A stretch of 24,365 nt of DNA from positions 1-24,365 of the forward strand of contig JBDKRC010000211.1 of assembly GCA_039683575.1 (NCBI GenBank). Direction: 5' to 3'. The position numbers and the translations under genes were made by a program. The DNA is from Armatimonadia bacterium. Its GTDB lineage: Bacteria > Armatimonadota > Zipacnadia > Zipacnadales > UBA11051. This document shows, piece after piece, positions 15,799 through 24,365 of this stretch. How positions within the stretch are numbered: position 1 is the first letter of the stretch; each line of letters begins with the position of its first letter. Below the pieces are notes generated by a model. The model was not told the origin of the DNA. It saw only the letters and a program-made list of their open reading frames with translations, and ran no database searches.

Positions 15799-17046
15799 AT
15801 GGACAAGCTGGCAATTGACGGTGGCACACCCGTTCGCACCACACCTTTCCCCATGCGGGATCAGATTGATGACCGCGAAGTGGCCGCAATCATGCGGGTG
15901 GTGGAGCGGGCGCGGACGACGGGCGGGGCGTTTGAGCGGTATGGCGGGGTCGAGGTGGATGCGTATGAGCAGGAGTTTGCGGCGCACATGGGCTGCAAGT
16001 ATGGCAATGGCGTCTCGCATGGCACTGGCGCGGTGCATACGGCCATCGGGGCGTTGCGCCTGGATGCGGGCAGTGAAGTTATCTGCTCGCCCATCACCGA
16101 CCCCGGGGCGATCATGCCGGTGCTGATGCAGAATTGCATCCCGGTGTTCGCCGACGCGGACCCGGAGACGCAGAACATGGACCCGGCCTCGGTGCGGGCA
16201 CGGATTACGCCGAAGACGAAGGCCATCGTCTGCGGTCACATCGCCGGACAGCCCTGTGATATGGATGCCATCATGGCGATTGCGAAGGAGCACAAGCTGT
16301 GGGTCATCGAGGACTGCGCGCAGGCCCATGACGCCGAGTACAAGGGCAAGAAGGCCGGCTCAATTGGCCACATGGGGTGCTACTCGCTGATGAGCGGCAA
16401 GCACTCGACCGCGGGCGGGCAGGGCGGAATGGTTGTGACGAACGATGAGGAGCTGTATTGGCAGGCCAAGCGCTTCGCGGACCGGGGCAAGCCCTTCAAC
16501 TCCGACGCGCCCGGAAACATGTTCGTCGGCATCAACTATCGCATGACCGAACTGGGGGCCGCTATTGGCCGCGTGCAGCTTGAGAAGCTGCCGGAGATCG
16601 TTGCGGTGCGCCGGCGGTGCGCAGGGATCATTGGTGAGGTGCTGGCGGAGCAGGGCTGCGAGGGCGTGCAGATGGGCAAGATCATCGAGGGGGCCAAGTC
16701 GGCCTACTGGTTCATCTTCCTGCGCTGGCATGCGGACCGCATGAGCGTCGACAAGGCCAAGTTCTGTGAGGCCGCGGCAGCCGAGGGCGTCGGCGTGGGC
16801 CAGAACTATGGCGCGCTGGCATGAAAGAACCCCTACATCCAGGACCGCAAGGCCTACGGCGAGACGAAGTGCCCGTGGTGTTGCCCGCTGTGGGGCGGCG
16901 AGATTGACTACGAGAATTGCTGCCCGAATGCTGAGCAGGCCGACTTCAACCTGATGCGCACGTCGGTACACGAGAGCTTCACGGACGACGACGCCCGCGA
17001 CGTGGGCCTGGCGATTGCGAAGGTGGAGAAGGCCTACCGGAAGTAG
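15799..17046 (+). CDS. DegT/DnrJ/EryC1/StrS family PLP-dependent aminotransferase with an in-frame TGA at 16822-16824 (possible selenocysteine, or a nonsense change)
   Basis: MDKLAIDGGTPVR, GTGAVH, PVFAD, IEDCAQAH, PLP-Lys motif SLMSGKHSTAGGQGG, GINYRMTE. After the TGA the same frame continues for 73 codons (KNPYIQDRKAYGETKCPWCCPLW...CCPNAEQA...VHESFTDDDARDVGLAIAKVEKAYRK) to TAG 17044-17046, giving the usual family C-terminus and 415 aa in total. Confidence 0.88.
16839..16859 (+). promoter_or_regulatory. Candidate bacterial SECIS-like hairpin
   Basis: AGG-A-CC-[GCAA]-GG-CCT at 16841-16855, extendable by CC/GG. The G-starting loop begins 22 nt after the TGA. The stem is short and could arise by chance in GC-rich DNA. 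Confidence 0.35.
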
Positions 17047-17081
17047 GGAGAGGGGGAGCGCAGGAGCTTGGGAGCGTGGAG

Positions 17082-17119
17082 ACGGGCCCGACACGAATGG
17101 TGTCGGGCCCGTTTTGTTT
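17082..17119 (+). terminator. Rho-independent terminator
   Basis: Perfect 13-bp stem ACGGGCCCGACAC-GAATG-GTGTCGGGCCCGT followed by TTTGTTT, between convergent genes. Confidence 0.88.
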
Positions 17120-17137
17120 GTGGTAAGTCAGCAGGGC

Positions 17138-17782
17138 TTAGTCGCCGGCTGCGACGGTGTACATTCCAGGGCTGGAGGGCTTGAGCCATTTCACATGGCC
17201 GTCGGCAAAGAGGAAGTTATTGCCGTCGCTGTGGCAATCGGCGGTCGAATGGTACCCGTTGAGATCACCGGAGCCATAGTCAGCTTGCCAACCGCCGTTG
17301 AGCACGAAGTAGCACCGTGCGTCAGCAGCCCAGAGGGTGCCAGCGACGTCCTGGATCTGGGCGGCGGCGCGAGAGGAGCGCAGCTCCCCGGCGAGGGCGT
17401 ACCCTGACCACCACGACTTGGTGTTGCGCCCGGAGAAGCCCGGGTAGGTGATGGTAGAGGGCTGGCAGCCGCAGCCACGGAAGGCGCCGTTGCGCCACTT
17501 GTTGCTGGGACACACCTGGACTTGCCAGTTCTTCATGTATGGCTGGATGATGTCGGTCCACCAGTAGTCGCCGATCATCTCAGGAGGCGTCCATTCGTCA
17601 TAGTCCTGCTGGTAGGACAGCAGAGCGAGGCCGATCTGCTTGAGATTGCTCTGGCAGCTTGACTGCCTGGCTTTCTCGCGGGCCTTGGCAAAGACCGGAA
17701 ACAGAATGGCGGCGAGGATCGCGATAATGGCGATCACGACCAGTAGCTCGATAAGCGTGAACCCAGACAGACGTGTCTTCAT
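17138..17782 (-). CDS. DUF1559 / prepilin-type protein with H-X9-DG motif
   Basis: [20 protein letters not shown]..., [26 protein letters not shown] 17782 has SD GGGAGGT. Confidence 0.92.
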   Translation of the reverse strand: MKTRLSGFTLIELLVVIAIIAILAAILFPVFAKAREKARQSSCQSNLKQIGLALLSYQQDYDEWTPPEMIGDYWWTDIIQPYMKNWQVQVCPSNKWRNGAFRGCGCQPSTITYPGFSGRNTKSWWSGYALAGELRSSRAAAQIQDVAGTLWAADARCYFVLNGGWQADYGSGDLNGYHSTADCHSDGNNFLFADGHVKWLKPSSPGMYTVAAGD

Positions 17783-18021
17783 GAACGTGGACCTCCCTGG
17801 CATGCTTGCGACATTATTCGGCAATATGTTGCCAATACCTTCCCACTTGGGTAGAAATCGGGAAGGCGGGGGACTGCGGCTGCCGGGGGGACGAACGCCC
17901 AGAGCTGGGTAGTGGATCAGGCCGGCCGGATCGTGTTGCGGTGAACAGTTGGGCGGGAACAGAAGGAGGTTCTCGGGAGTCAGTCGAACATCCCGATATC
18001 CTATCCGACAGGGGTGTCACA

Positions 18022-18684
18022 ATGCGCAGAGGTTTCACGCTTATTGAGCTACTGGTCGTGATCGCGATTATTGCCATCCTGGCAGCCATTCTGTTTCCGG
18101 TCTTTGCCAAGGCCCGTGAAAAAGCCCGTCAAGCCTCGTGTCTGGCCAACGTCAAACAGCTATCACTGGGCATCATGTCGTACGCGCAGGACTATGACGA
18201 GAAGTTGCCGCCGCGGTACTACCGATACGACCCGTCGGTGGCGGGCGGGCCGAACTGGTGCGACCATCTGGTGCAGCCCTACATCAAGAACCTCCAGGTC
18301 ATCCAGTGCCCCAGCACACAGGCCAAGTCCTACGGCTACAACCAGAACTACCTAAACTGGGTGTCGATCGGCTCCATCGCGACGCCGGCTGAGACGGTGA
18401 TGCTGGCCGAGGTGAAGAAGACGTATAACGACGCGGGCGGCATCGGTTGGGACCTGAGCGTGTTTCCGCCGTCAACCTACGGCAGCCCGCCGGCAGTTCC
18501 TGCTACCGACGAGGACGATCAGCCAGCCGCGGGCGACGCCAGCTATATCTACAAACCGCGCGCTCGGGGCGTTCACAACGGGGGCTGCAACGTGGGGTTC
18601 TGCGATGGACATGCCAAGTGGATGAAGACGTCACAGTTCTACTACGGGCAGGTACCGACGGACGCCTGGTTCGACCTGCTTTAG
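18022..18684 (+). CDS. DUF1559 / prepilin-type protein with H-X9-DG motif
   Basis: [17 protein letters not shown]..., [26 protein letters not shown] 18022 is preceded by AGGGGTG. Confidence 0.92.
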   Translation: MRRGFTLIELLVVIAIIAILAAILFPVFAKAREKARQASCLANVKQLSLGIMSYAQDYDEKLPPRYYRYDPSVAGGPNWCDHLVQPYIKNLQVIQCPSTQAKSYGYNQNYLNWVSIGSIATPAETVMLAEVKKTYNDAGGIGWDLSVFPPSTYGSPPAVPATDEDDQPAAGDASYIYKPRARGVHNGGCNVGFCDGHAKWMKTSQFYYGQVPTDAWFDLL

Positions 18685-18709
18685 GTAGGAACGCGGGGGG
18701 AAAACACGA

Positions 18710-21289
18710 TCAGCCCTCGGCCAGTTCGACGGGAGCCAGCAGCGTTGCCGTCGTGCCCTGGCCGGGGGCTGTCTCGGTCAGGAGCTGTCCCCCAAAGTAC
18801 CGCAGGCGTTCACGGATGCTGAGCATTCCCATCCGTCTGCGTTCCTCATCGGAGGCCGGCTTGAGAGGCGGCCGCGGCTCACCATTGTCTTTGACCACCA
18901 ACGCCACCTGATCCTCCCGCCTTGACAGACTTACCTGGGCCTCGGTGACGTTGTCACGATCGAGCACATTCACCAGCAGTTCGCGCAGCGACTGGAACAG
19001 CACGATCTGCAGGTCCATCCCCAGCGGCTTGGGCTGCCCGTCGTCATGGAACTCCACTGGCAGCGAGTACTGCTCCTGGTATTGATGCACGAGAGTCTTG
19101 ACGGCCTCTTCGAAGCCGATCTCATAGAGGGCCGAGGAGCTGAGCTCGTACATAACGGCGCGGCTGCGGCTCAAGGCTTCCTGCAACAGGTCCTCAACCT
19201 CGGCGAGGGTCTGCTCACTCCCCTTCCCGATTGCCTTCTGCTGCAGCAAGCCGAGTTTGAGCTTGGCAAACGCCAGGAACTGCACAACGGTGTCGTGGAG
19301 TTGCGTGGCGACCCGGCGTCGCTCACGTTCTTCGGCGAGCGAGATCTCGGTGGCGAGGGCGCGCAGTTCACCTTGCTGCACCAGCAGGCGCTGCTGGGCC
19401 TGCTCGCGCTCCTCGATCTCCCGCCGCAGGTCCTCCTCCATGGCAATACGGTCGCTGATATCGGTGTGGAAGCCCAGGGCAGCGGGACCGTCAGCGAGCG
19501 TGATCTTCGCGACGTTGAGTTGATGGGTGCGGACCTGGCCATCGCGGGTGACCACATTCACGTCATACCGGATGGGGGCGTCCTCACCCCTGTCACGGGC
19601 GAGAACATTGTCGCGAACGATGTGTCGTGTTTCGGGGGCGTAGAGCGAGAGCACGTTCTGGTCGGGGACTTCGTCCTGGCTGTCGTAGCCCAGGAGTTCC
19701 AGCAGCTTGGGGTTGACGTAGACCAGATCGAGGCCGCGTCTGATGACGATGCCCAGGGGCGCACTCTCGATCAACTGCCGGAAGGTCTCTTCACTGTGCT
19801 GCAGAGCCGCGAGGGCTTGCTGGCGCTGCTCTTCCTGCTCGACGACCTGCAGGGCATAGGAGAGGTCGGCTGCGAGGGTCACAAGCAGTGCGACGCGGCG
19901 CTGGTTGAAGAAGTGCGGGCGGTCGGAGTACAGCACTATGGCGCCGATGGCTCGTCCGCCAGCTTCGAGCGGAAATGACGCCGAGGAGCGGTAGCCGCGC
20001 TTTCGGGCTTCTGCCACCCAGGGCTGCATGCTGCCATCCTGCTCGATGTCGTCGCAGATCTGGTGACGATTCAGCCTGAGCGCGCGACCGGTAGGACCCC
20101 GGCCTTCGGGCACGTCGTCGGCTGAAATGCGGATAACAGTAAGATAGCCATCTTCCTGGCCCCAGAAGGCAACCGGCACGATCTGGAGCGTCTGCTCGTT
20201 CAAGAGACCGATCCAGGCCATGAGGAAGCCGCCCTCGTCCACGGCGATGCGACAGGTGTCCTGGAACAGGCGGTCGCGGTCGCGGACCCGAACGATCATC
20301 TCGTTGATCCGTGTCAAGACGGCCCAGATCCGGTTAAGCTCCCGAAGATCGTCCTCAGTCGCCAACCGCTGCGCCTCGACCTCCTGCGAGTGCAGGGCCA
20401 GGCTTATGTCAGCGGCGAGGTCGTGGAAAAGGCCCTGTTCCTCCTCAGCATGTAGCAGTTCATCAGGAACCGACACGAACAGCGCGCCGTAGACGGTGTC
20501 GGCGTAGCGCAGGCCGGTGCCCAGAATGCCGGTGTCGCCGTGTAGCATATGCATGGGGCAGGCGCCATGCCAGGCGTCAGAGGGCACGGCAGCGACCTGC
20601 TCCGGGTGCTCCAACACGCTCCTGAGACAGGGAGGGAAGTCCCGCTTTTGTAGCGCTTCGATCACCAACGAGAAGCTTTCGCCAAGCCCGCTCTCGTAGG
20701 CCTGGGTGAAGTTGCCGGCGCTATCAACCAAGACAATCCAGGCGGCGCCGTACCCCCTGGTGACAGTGAGCCTCTCGCAGATGCTCTGCAAGAGCCGGTC
20801 CCGGTCGCGCTCCTGGGCAATCAACTGGCCGACATTGCGGATGGCGAGCAGCACGGAGTTGAGGTGCGCAATTCGAGCCTGCGCTTCACGTGCCTCCCGG
20901 CGCAAGCGCTCTGCCTTGAGGGCGCTATCCAGAGCGATGAAGAGGCGCTGGACGAGATTCTTGCCCTTGACGACATAGTCGGCAGCACCGCTGCGGATGC
21001 TGGAGGCGGCAATCTCCTCGTCGCCGTGCGCGGTCATGACAATGAAGACGGTCTCAGGGGCGGCGGCCACGAGATCGGGCAGGGCCTCGATGGCAGTGCG
21101 ATCGGGAAGCATGTAGTCGAGTAACACGGCGTCGTACGCACCGGCGTTGAGCTCCGCCAGAGCTTCGCTGGCCAGTTCGGCCTCGGCTACCTGGATGTTC
21201 TCGTAGTGATGTACCAGCGCGTCTCGCACCACTTCACGATGATCGGGCTGATCATCCACCACTAGAACCCGTAGGGCTACTTCCTCCAC
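18710..21289 (-). CDS. REC-GAF-GAF-PAS-HisKA_3 hybrid histidine kinase with an atypical ATPase domain
   Basis: REC (VVDD, LLDYMLPD, MTAHG, YVVK), two GAF domains (GYGAAWI; GFLMAWIG...GYRSSASFPL), PAS (YVNPKLLELLGY), HisKA_3 H-box ERRRVATQLHD, and a CA domain ending APGQGT. Confidence 0.9.
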   Translation of the reverse strand: MEEVALRVLVVDDQPDHREVVRDALVHHYENIQVAEAELASEALAELNAGAYDAVLLDYMLPDRTAIEALPDLVAAAPETVFIVMTAHGDEEIAASSIRSGAADYVVKGKNLVQRLFIALDSALKAERLRREAREAQARIAHLNSVLLAIRNVGQLIAQERDRDRLLQSICERLTVTRGYGAAWIVLVDSAGNFTQAYESGLGESFSLVIEALQKRDFPPCLRSVLEHPEQVAAVPSDAWHGACPMHMLHGDTGILGTGLRYADTVYGALFVSVPDELLHAEEEQGLFHDLAADISLALHSQEVEAQRLATEDDLRELNRIWAVLTRINEMIVRVRDRDRLFQDTCRIAVDEGGFLMAWIGLLNEQTLQIVPVAFWGQEDGYLTVIRISADDVPEGRGPTGRALRLNRHQICDDIEQDGSMQPWVAEARKRGYRSSASFPLEAGGRAIGAIVLYSDRPHFFNQRRVALLVTLAADLSYALQVVEQEEQRQQALAALQHSEETFRQLIESAPLGIVIRRGLDLVYVNPKLLELLGYDSQDEVPDQNVLSLYAPETRHIVRDNVLARDRGEDAPIRYDVNVVTRDGQVRTHQLNVAKITLADGPAALGFHTDISDRIAMEEDLRREIEEREQAQQRLLVQQGELRALATEISLAEERERRRVATQLHDTVVQFLAFAKLKLGLLQQKAIGKGSEQTLAEVEDLLQEALSRSRAVMYELSSSALYEIGFEEAVKTLVHQYQEQYSLPVEFHDDGQPKPLGMDLQIVLFQSLRELLVNVLDRDNVTEAQVSLSRREDQVALVVKDNGEPRPPLKPASDEERRRMGMLSIRERLRYFGGQLLTETAPGQGTTATLLAPVELAEG

Positions 21290-21744
21290 TTATCGGCCAT
21301 CTCCGGGCACGTATTGGTGATGGTCCAGTAGATGTTGAGGTTCTGGACCTTCTCATAGAACTCTTTGAAGCTCATAGGTTTGACGACGTAGCTGTTCGCA
21401 TGGCTCATATATGCTTTGAGGATCTCGCCCTCCTGGGAGGAGGTTGTCAGCATAACTACCGGTAGACCGACAAACCTGTCATCTTCACGGATCTTCGCCA
21501 GCACCTCGAGGCCATCGATCCCGGGTAGCTTGATATCCAGCAAGACGAGTGCTGGATCGGGATCGGTCCGGTCTGCGTACTTGCCGCGCCGGTAGAGGTA
21601 ATCAAGCCCGGATTCGCCGTCTTCGACCCACGCGACCGGGTTGACGACGTTACTGTTCTTGATCGCGTCCATAGTGATCTCGGCGTGGTCTGGGTTATCC
21701 TCCACCAGCAGGATTGGCTTGACTGCTTCCGCCACCTGGTTCAC
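21277..21744 (-). CDS. Single-domain response regulator (Rcp1-like)
   Basis: LLVEDN, LLDIKLPGIDG, MLTTS, ANSYVVKP and the C-terminal YW typical of the Rcp1-type subfamily. Confidence 0.93.
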   Translation of the reverse strand: MNQVAEAVKPILLVEDNPDHAEITMDAIKNSNVVNPVAWVEDGESGLDYLYRRGKYADRTDPDPALVLLDIKLPGIDGLEVLAKIREDDRFVGLPVVMLTTSSQEGEILKAYMSHANSYVVKPMSFKEFYEKVQNLNIYWTITNTCPEMADKWRK

Positions 21745-23713
21745 CAGCCTTCGGTAGTGTGAAGTAGAAAACGGTCCCTTCTCCGGGGGCCGACTCTACC
21801 CAGACGCGTCCCCCGTGGTACTCAACGATCTTGCGGACGATTGCCAGCCCCATTCCTGTTCCCTGCGTCCCCCGGGCTTCCGGCAGCCGCTGGAACGGCA
21901 GGAAGATCTTCTCATGGTACTGGGGTGCAATTCCCATGCCGTTGTCGGCTACCGCGACCTCGACCATGCCGTCGTCACGCAAGCGGCAGCTCAATTCGAC
22001 CCTCAGCGGCCGCTCCGGGTGACGGTACTTGAGGGCGTTGGCGATAAGGTTGGAGAGGACCTGCCGCAGGCGGTTGGTGTCGGCGTGAACCAGCGGGCAG
22101 GCCTGCTGGGGCAGGATGACAGTCGCTCCGCCCTCAGCTATCAGGTCGGCAAGGTTGACGACGACTTCCCGGGCCACTGACGCCGGGTCGAGGTCTGCCA
22201 CCCGGCCGGTGACACGACCGATCCGCGAGAGCTCGAGGAGGTCGCTTACGAGCGTTTCCATGCTCTCGACGTTGGCCTGCAGGCGGCCGAGACGACGGCG
22301 CCCCTCTTCGTCGAGCCGGTCGGAGTAATCGCGCACAATCATCCCTGTGAGCCCCTGGAGGGAGACGAGGGGCGAGGAGAGGTCATGAGAGACCGAGTAG
22401 GTGAAGGAGGTCATCTCTTCATTGAGACGGCGAAGGGTCTCGTTGGCCGCCGTGAGCTCAGCGGTGCGAGCGCGCACCTGCTCCTCGAGTTCCTCACGGC
22501 TGACAACCATCCGCTGCGCCATGTAGTTGAAGTCTCTGGCGAGGGTCCCCAGTTCGTCCTCGCGGTCCAGATAGACGCGGGTGTCAAGATCACCCTCGGC
22601 AACGCGGCGGGCGGCCGAAGAGACTTGAAGCACAGGCCCTGCCACGCGGCGCGCGGTGCGGTAGGCGACTGCGAGGCCCCCGGTGAGCAGGAGAGCCACC
22701 AGCAGTAACCAGAGCAGACTGATCCGGTTGACACCAGCCATGGCCTCACTGGCGTCAACCTTGTAGGTTACGCTCCAGCCGGTTACCGGGATCTGGGCTT
22801 GTGCCGCGAAGGCCATGATGCCGCGATAGTCGCGCCCGGCTGTGATTGTCCCCGGCGCACCCGCCAGATGGAGGGCCAGAGGGCCGCCCGGCTGCATGAT
22901 AGTCTCGGGAAGACCAGGCAGTTCGGTAAGCAGGCGCTGTTGACGGTCAAGTATCTGCGCCTGGGCGCTACGCCCTAAAGCCGACACCTGCTGGACGCGC
23001 GGGTAGAGCACTGCCGGGGCATACAGGCGCAGGACCAGAACCGCTATGTCAGGGCCAGTCTCATCGGCAGAACGTCTCAGAACGTGGACAATGTCAAAGA
23101 CGACGACTGAGCTGACGGGGTCCAAATACGGCTCGGTGAAGATGGGACTGTGCTCTGTTGGCAACTGGGAAGGGGGATGGTGCCTCGCTACCACCGCCAC
23201 TTGAGCTGCATTGCGAAAGCCACTCCAGGCGATGGGCCGCATGGAGTGGATGTCCAGCACGAAGGCATCCCCCACCTGTCTTCCCTGCGAGAGGCTGAGG
23301 TCGTGCATCATCCAATCGAGGGTCTGGCGCGCGCGACCACGAACGGCAGGGGACAGCGTAGAATCCTGGCACTCGGCGATGCTGTCGAGCAAGAGCGGAC
23401 GGTGACTGAAGCGGTCGACCGTCGAGATCCAACCATCTAGCAGGACCCCGATTTCCTCGGCTTTGCCGTCGCAGACGTCCTGCAGGTGGCGGAAAACCTG
23501 CTGTTCGAGGGTACTGCGGGCACCCAGGCCCAGGACAATGCCGCTGACGACAGCCGGGATGATGATCAGAGTTGCACTGAGGTAGGTGAGGTAGGCGCGG
23601 AGAGACCGAGACCGATTGCGGGGACGGTCAGGAGGGGGAATTGCGGCGTTTCCACGTGGCGAGGTGGTCTCGGTGGACTCGCCGTCGTGCTGTTTCTTAC
23701 CATCTTCGCTCAA
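21695..23713 (-). CDS. Membrane sensor histidine kinase (2 TM, Cache-like periplasmic domain, HAMP, HisKA, HATPase)
   Basis: Two TM segments flank a large periplasmic region. HAMP (EDELGTLARDFNYM), H-box FTYSVSHDLSSPL, N-box NLIANALKY, DNGMG, GTGMGL. TTG start with GAGG upstream. Confidence 0.92.
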   Translation of the reverse strand: MSEDGKKQHDGESTETTSPRGNAAIPPPDRPRNRSRSLRAYLTYLSATLIIIPAVVSGIVLGLGARSTLEQQVFRHLQDVCDGKAEEIGVLLDGWISTVDRFSHRPLLLDSIAECQDSTLSPAVRGRARQTLDWMMHDLSLSQGRQVGDAFVLDIHSMRPIAWSGFRNAAQVAVVARHHPPSQLPTEHSPIFTEPYLDPVSSVVVFDIVHVLRRSADETGPDIAVLVLRLYAPAVLYPRVQQVSALGRSAQAQILDRQQRLLTELPGLPETIMQPGGPLALHLAGAPGTITAGRDYRGIMAFAAQAQIPVTGWSVTYKVDASEAMAGVNRISLLWLLLVALLLTGGLAVAYRTARRVAGPVLQVSSAARRVAEGDLDTRVYLDREDELGTLARDFNYMAQRMVVSREELEEQVRARTAELTAANETLRRLNEEMTSFTYSVSHDLSSPLVSLQGLTGMIVRDYSDRLDEEGRRRLGRLQANVESMETLVSDLLELSRIGRVTGRVADLDPASVAREVVVNLADLIAEGGATVILPQQACPLVHADTNRLRQVLSNLIANALKYRHPERPLRVELSCRLRDDGMVEVAVADNGMGIAPQYHEKIFLPFQRLPEARGTQGTGMGLAIVRKIVEYHGGRVWVESAPGEGTVFYFTLPKAGEPGGGSSQANPAGGG

Positions 23714-23778
23714 GACAGCATGACCTCACCGCAAAAGAGTACCTTTGCTAACCGATGGCAGACCAGACTAAAGGCAGA

Positions 23779-23807
23779 ATTGTAGCGGAATGATCATCGT
23801 TGCGCAA
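23779..23807 (-). promoter_or_regulatory. Sigma70-type promoter for the kinase-RR-hybrid operon
   Basis: Minus strand TTGCGC (23807-23802), 17 nt, TACAAT (23784-23779), about 65 nt upstream of the kinase start. Confidence 0.6.
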
Positions 23808-23844
23808 GCTGCCGGGGAGGCAATAGACACCTCGGATTGCGAAT

Positions 23845-23879
23845 AGCACGGGCGGGCAGGGCGTCGCTCGTCCCGTGCT
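23845..23879. repeat. Intergenic GC-rich hairpin (REP-like)
   Basis: AGCACGGG (23845-23852) pairs with CCCGTGCT (23872-23879), with inner CGGGC/GCTCG pairing and no U-tract. Confidence 0.4.
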
Positions 23880-23973
23880 GAATATGAAGAGGCTGGTGTC
23901 GAAATGGCAGCCCGTTGGAGAATGGACGGCGAACCCCCATCAATATGACGAATCCCAAAGGCTGGTGGCTCAG

Positions 23974-24365
23974 ATGCGAGTGACAATTCTCCTGATGCTT
24001 TGTTCCCTGGTCTGGGTTCAGGCTGCAACCGCCCAACCAGTGGATGGTGAACTGCTGCGGAATCCGGGATTTGACCTGGATGCCGACGGCAATGGCATGC
24101 CGGATGACTGGTCCACCAGTGACAAGCAGATCAAGTGGCAGGAGAAGGTGTACCTGAGCAAGGACTATGAGATCGTCTCAGTGCCCAAAGCCTACGTGCT
24201 GGCGACCCAGGATCTGACGCTCAAGCCGGGCCAGCAGTACAACCTGCGAATCACGGCCAGAGGGACCGGCGGGGCGAACCTGGGGGCGCTCATTATGCAC
24301 GGCCCCCAGCGTCCGCAGAGGGAGATGAGCCTGCTGTGGAACGTCGAGCCCTCGGAGAAATACGA
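23974..24365 (+). CDS. Secreted protein with an N-terminal carbohydrate-binding-like (CBM4/9-type) domain; 3' truncated
   Basis: Not in the ORF track because it has no stop in the window. Manual translation: MRVTILLMLCSLVWVQAATA-QPVDGELLRNPGFDLDADGNGMPDDW...ATQDLTLKPGQQYNLRITARG. It has a signal peptide and an LLxNPGF...GxPxxW motif, and is open to the window end. Confidence 0.75.
   Translation, partial: MRVTILLMLCSLVWVQAATAQPVDGELLRNPGFDLDADGNGMPDDWSTSDKQIKWQEKVYLSKDYEIVSVPKAYVLATQDLTLKPGQQYNLRITARGTGGANLGALIMHGPQRPQREMSLLWNVEPSEKY

Noticed and set aside
15091-16329. 412-aa minus-strand ORF
   Set aside because: Antisense to the URO-D and DegT genes, with no recognisable domain.
16822-16824. 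Genome-wide UGA reassignment (code 4 or 25) as the cause of the DegT read-through
   Set aside because: TGA ends several full-length genes here (2294, 5516, 11744, 14587, 15708), two of them with TGATG overlaps, so UGA is a normal stop.
16821-16907. ATGA-coupled 28-codon ORF (MKEPLHPGPQ...) after the DegT TGA
   Set aside because: It is in a different frame with atypical codon use. The DegT-like residues are in the original frame.
17820-17835. Sigma54-like TGGCAACATATTGC on the minus strand
   Set aside because: GG-to-GC spacing is 9 nt rather than the required 10. At most it is an imperfect palindrome (GGCAATATGTTGCC) of unknown meaning.
17806-18021. N-terminal extension of the DUF1559 ORF
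   Set aside because: Prepilin leaders are short, and ATG 18022 has an SD and directly precedes RRG|FTLIE.
19046-19978. 310-aa plus-strand ORF
   Set aside because: Antisense shadow of the hybrid kinase.
1-24365. CRISPR array, rRNA, tRNA, integrase, transposase or defence genes
   Set aside because: I saw no repeat-spacer pattern or recognisable motifs, and intergenic gaps are all under about 270 bp.

Overview
GC-rich bacterial DNA. Three DUF1559 prepilin-type genes ([30 protein letters not shown]) suggest Armatimonadota (inference). In order, the window holds: the 3' end of a FAD-dependent oxidoreductase; a DUF1559 gene; a GT4 glycosyltransferase coupled to trpF; a probable five-gene operon (PorV/FadL-like outer-membrane barrel, divergent FabF-like ketosynthase, ~9-TM GAF-PAS histidine kinase, a paralogous pseudokinase, REC-HK-REC hybrid); a hemerythrin; a GntR-associated cluster (Gfo/Idh/MocA oxidoreductase, URO-D-family protein, DegT-family aminotransferase); two divergent DUF1559 genes; a three-gene two-component cluster; and the 5' end of a secreted CBM-like protein. 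Two things stand out. (1) The DegT gene is interrupted by one in-frame TGA followed by a SECIS-like hairpin and an intact Cys-rich 73-codon C-terminus, so it is either a candidate new selenoprotein or a recent nonsense change or sequencing error. (2) The barrel + Cys-His-Gln ketosynthase + kinase relay looks like an uncharacterised lipid-signal synthesis and sensing module. I saw no rRNA, tRNA, CRISPR array or transposase. All assignments come from reading motifs by eye; no searches were run.
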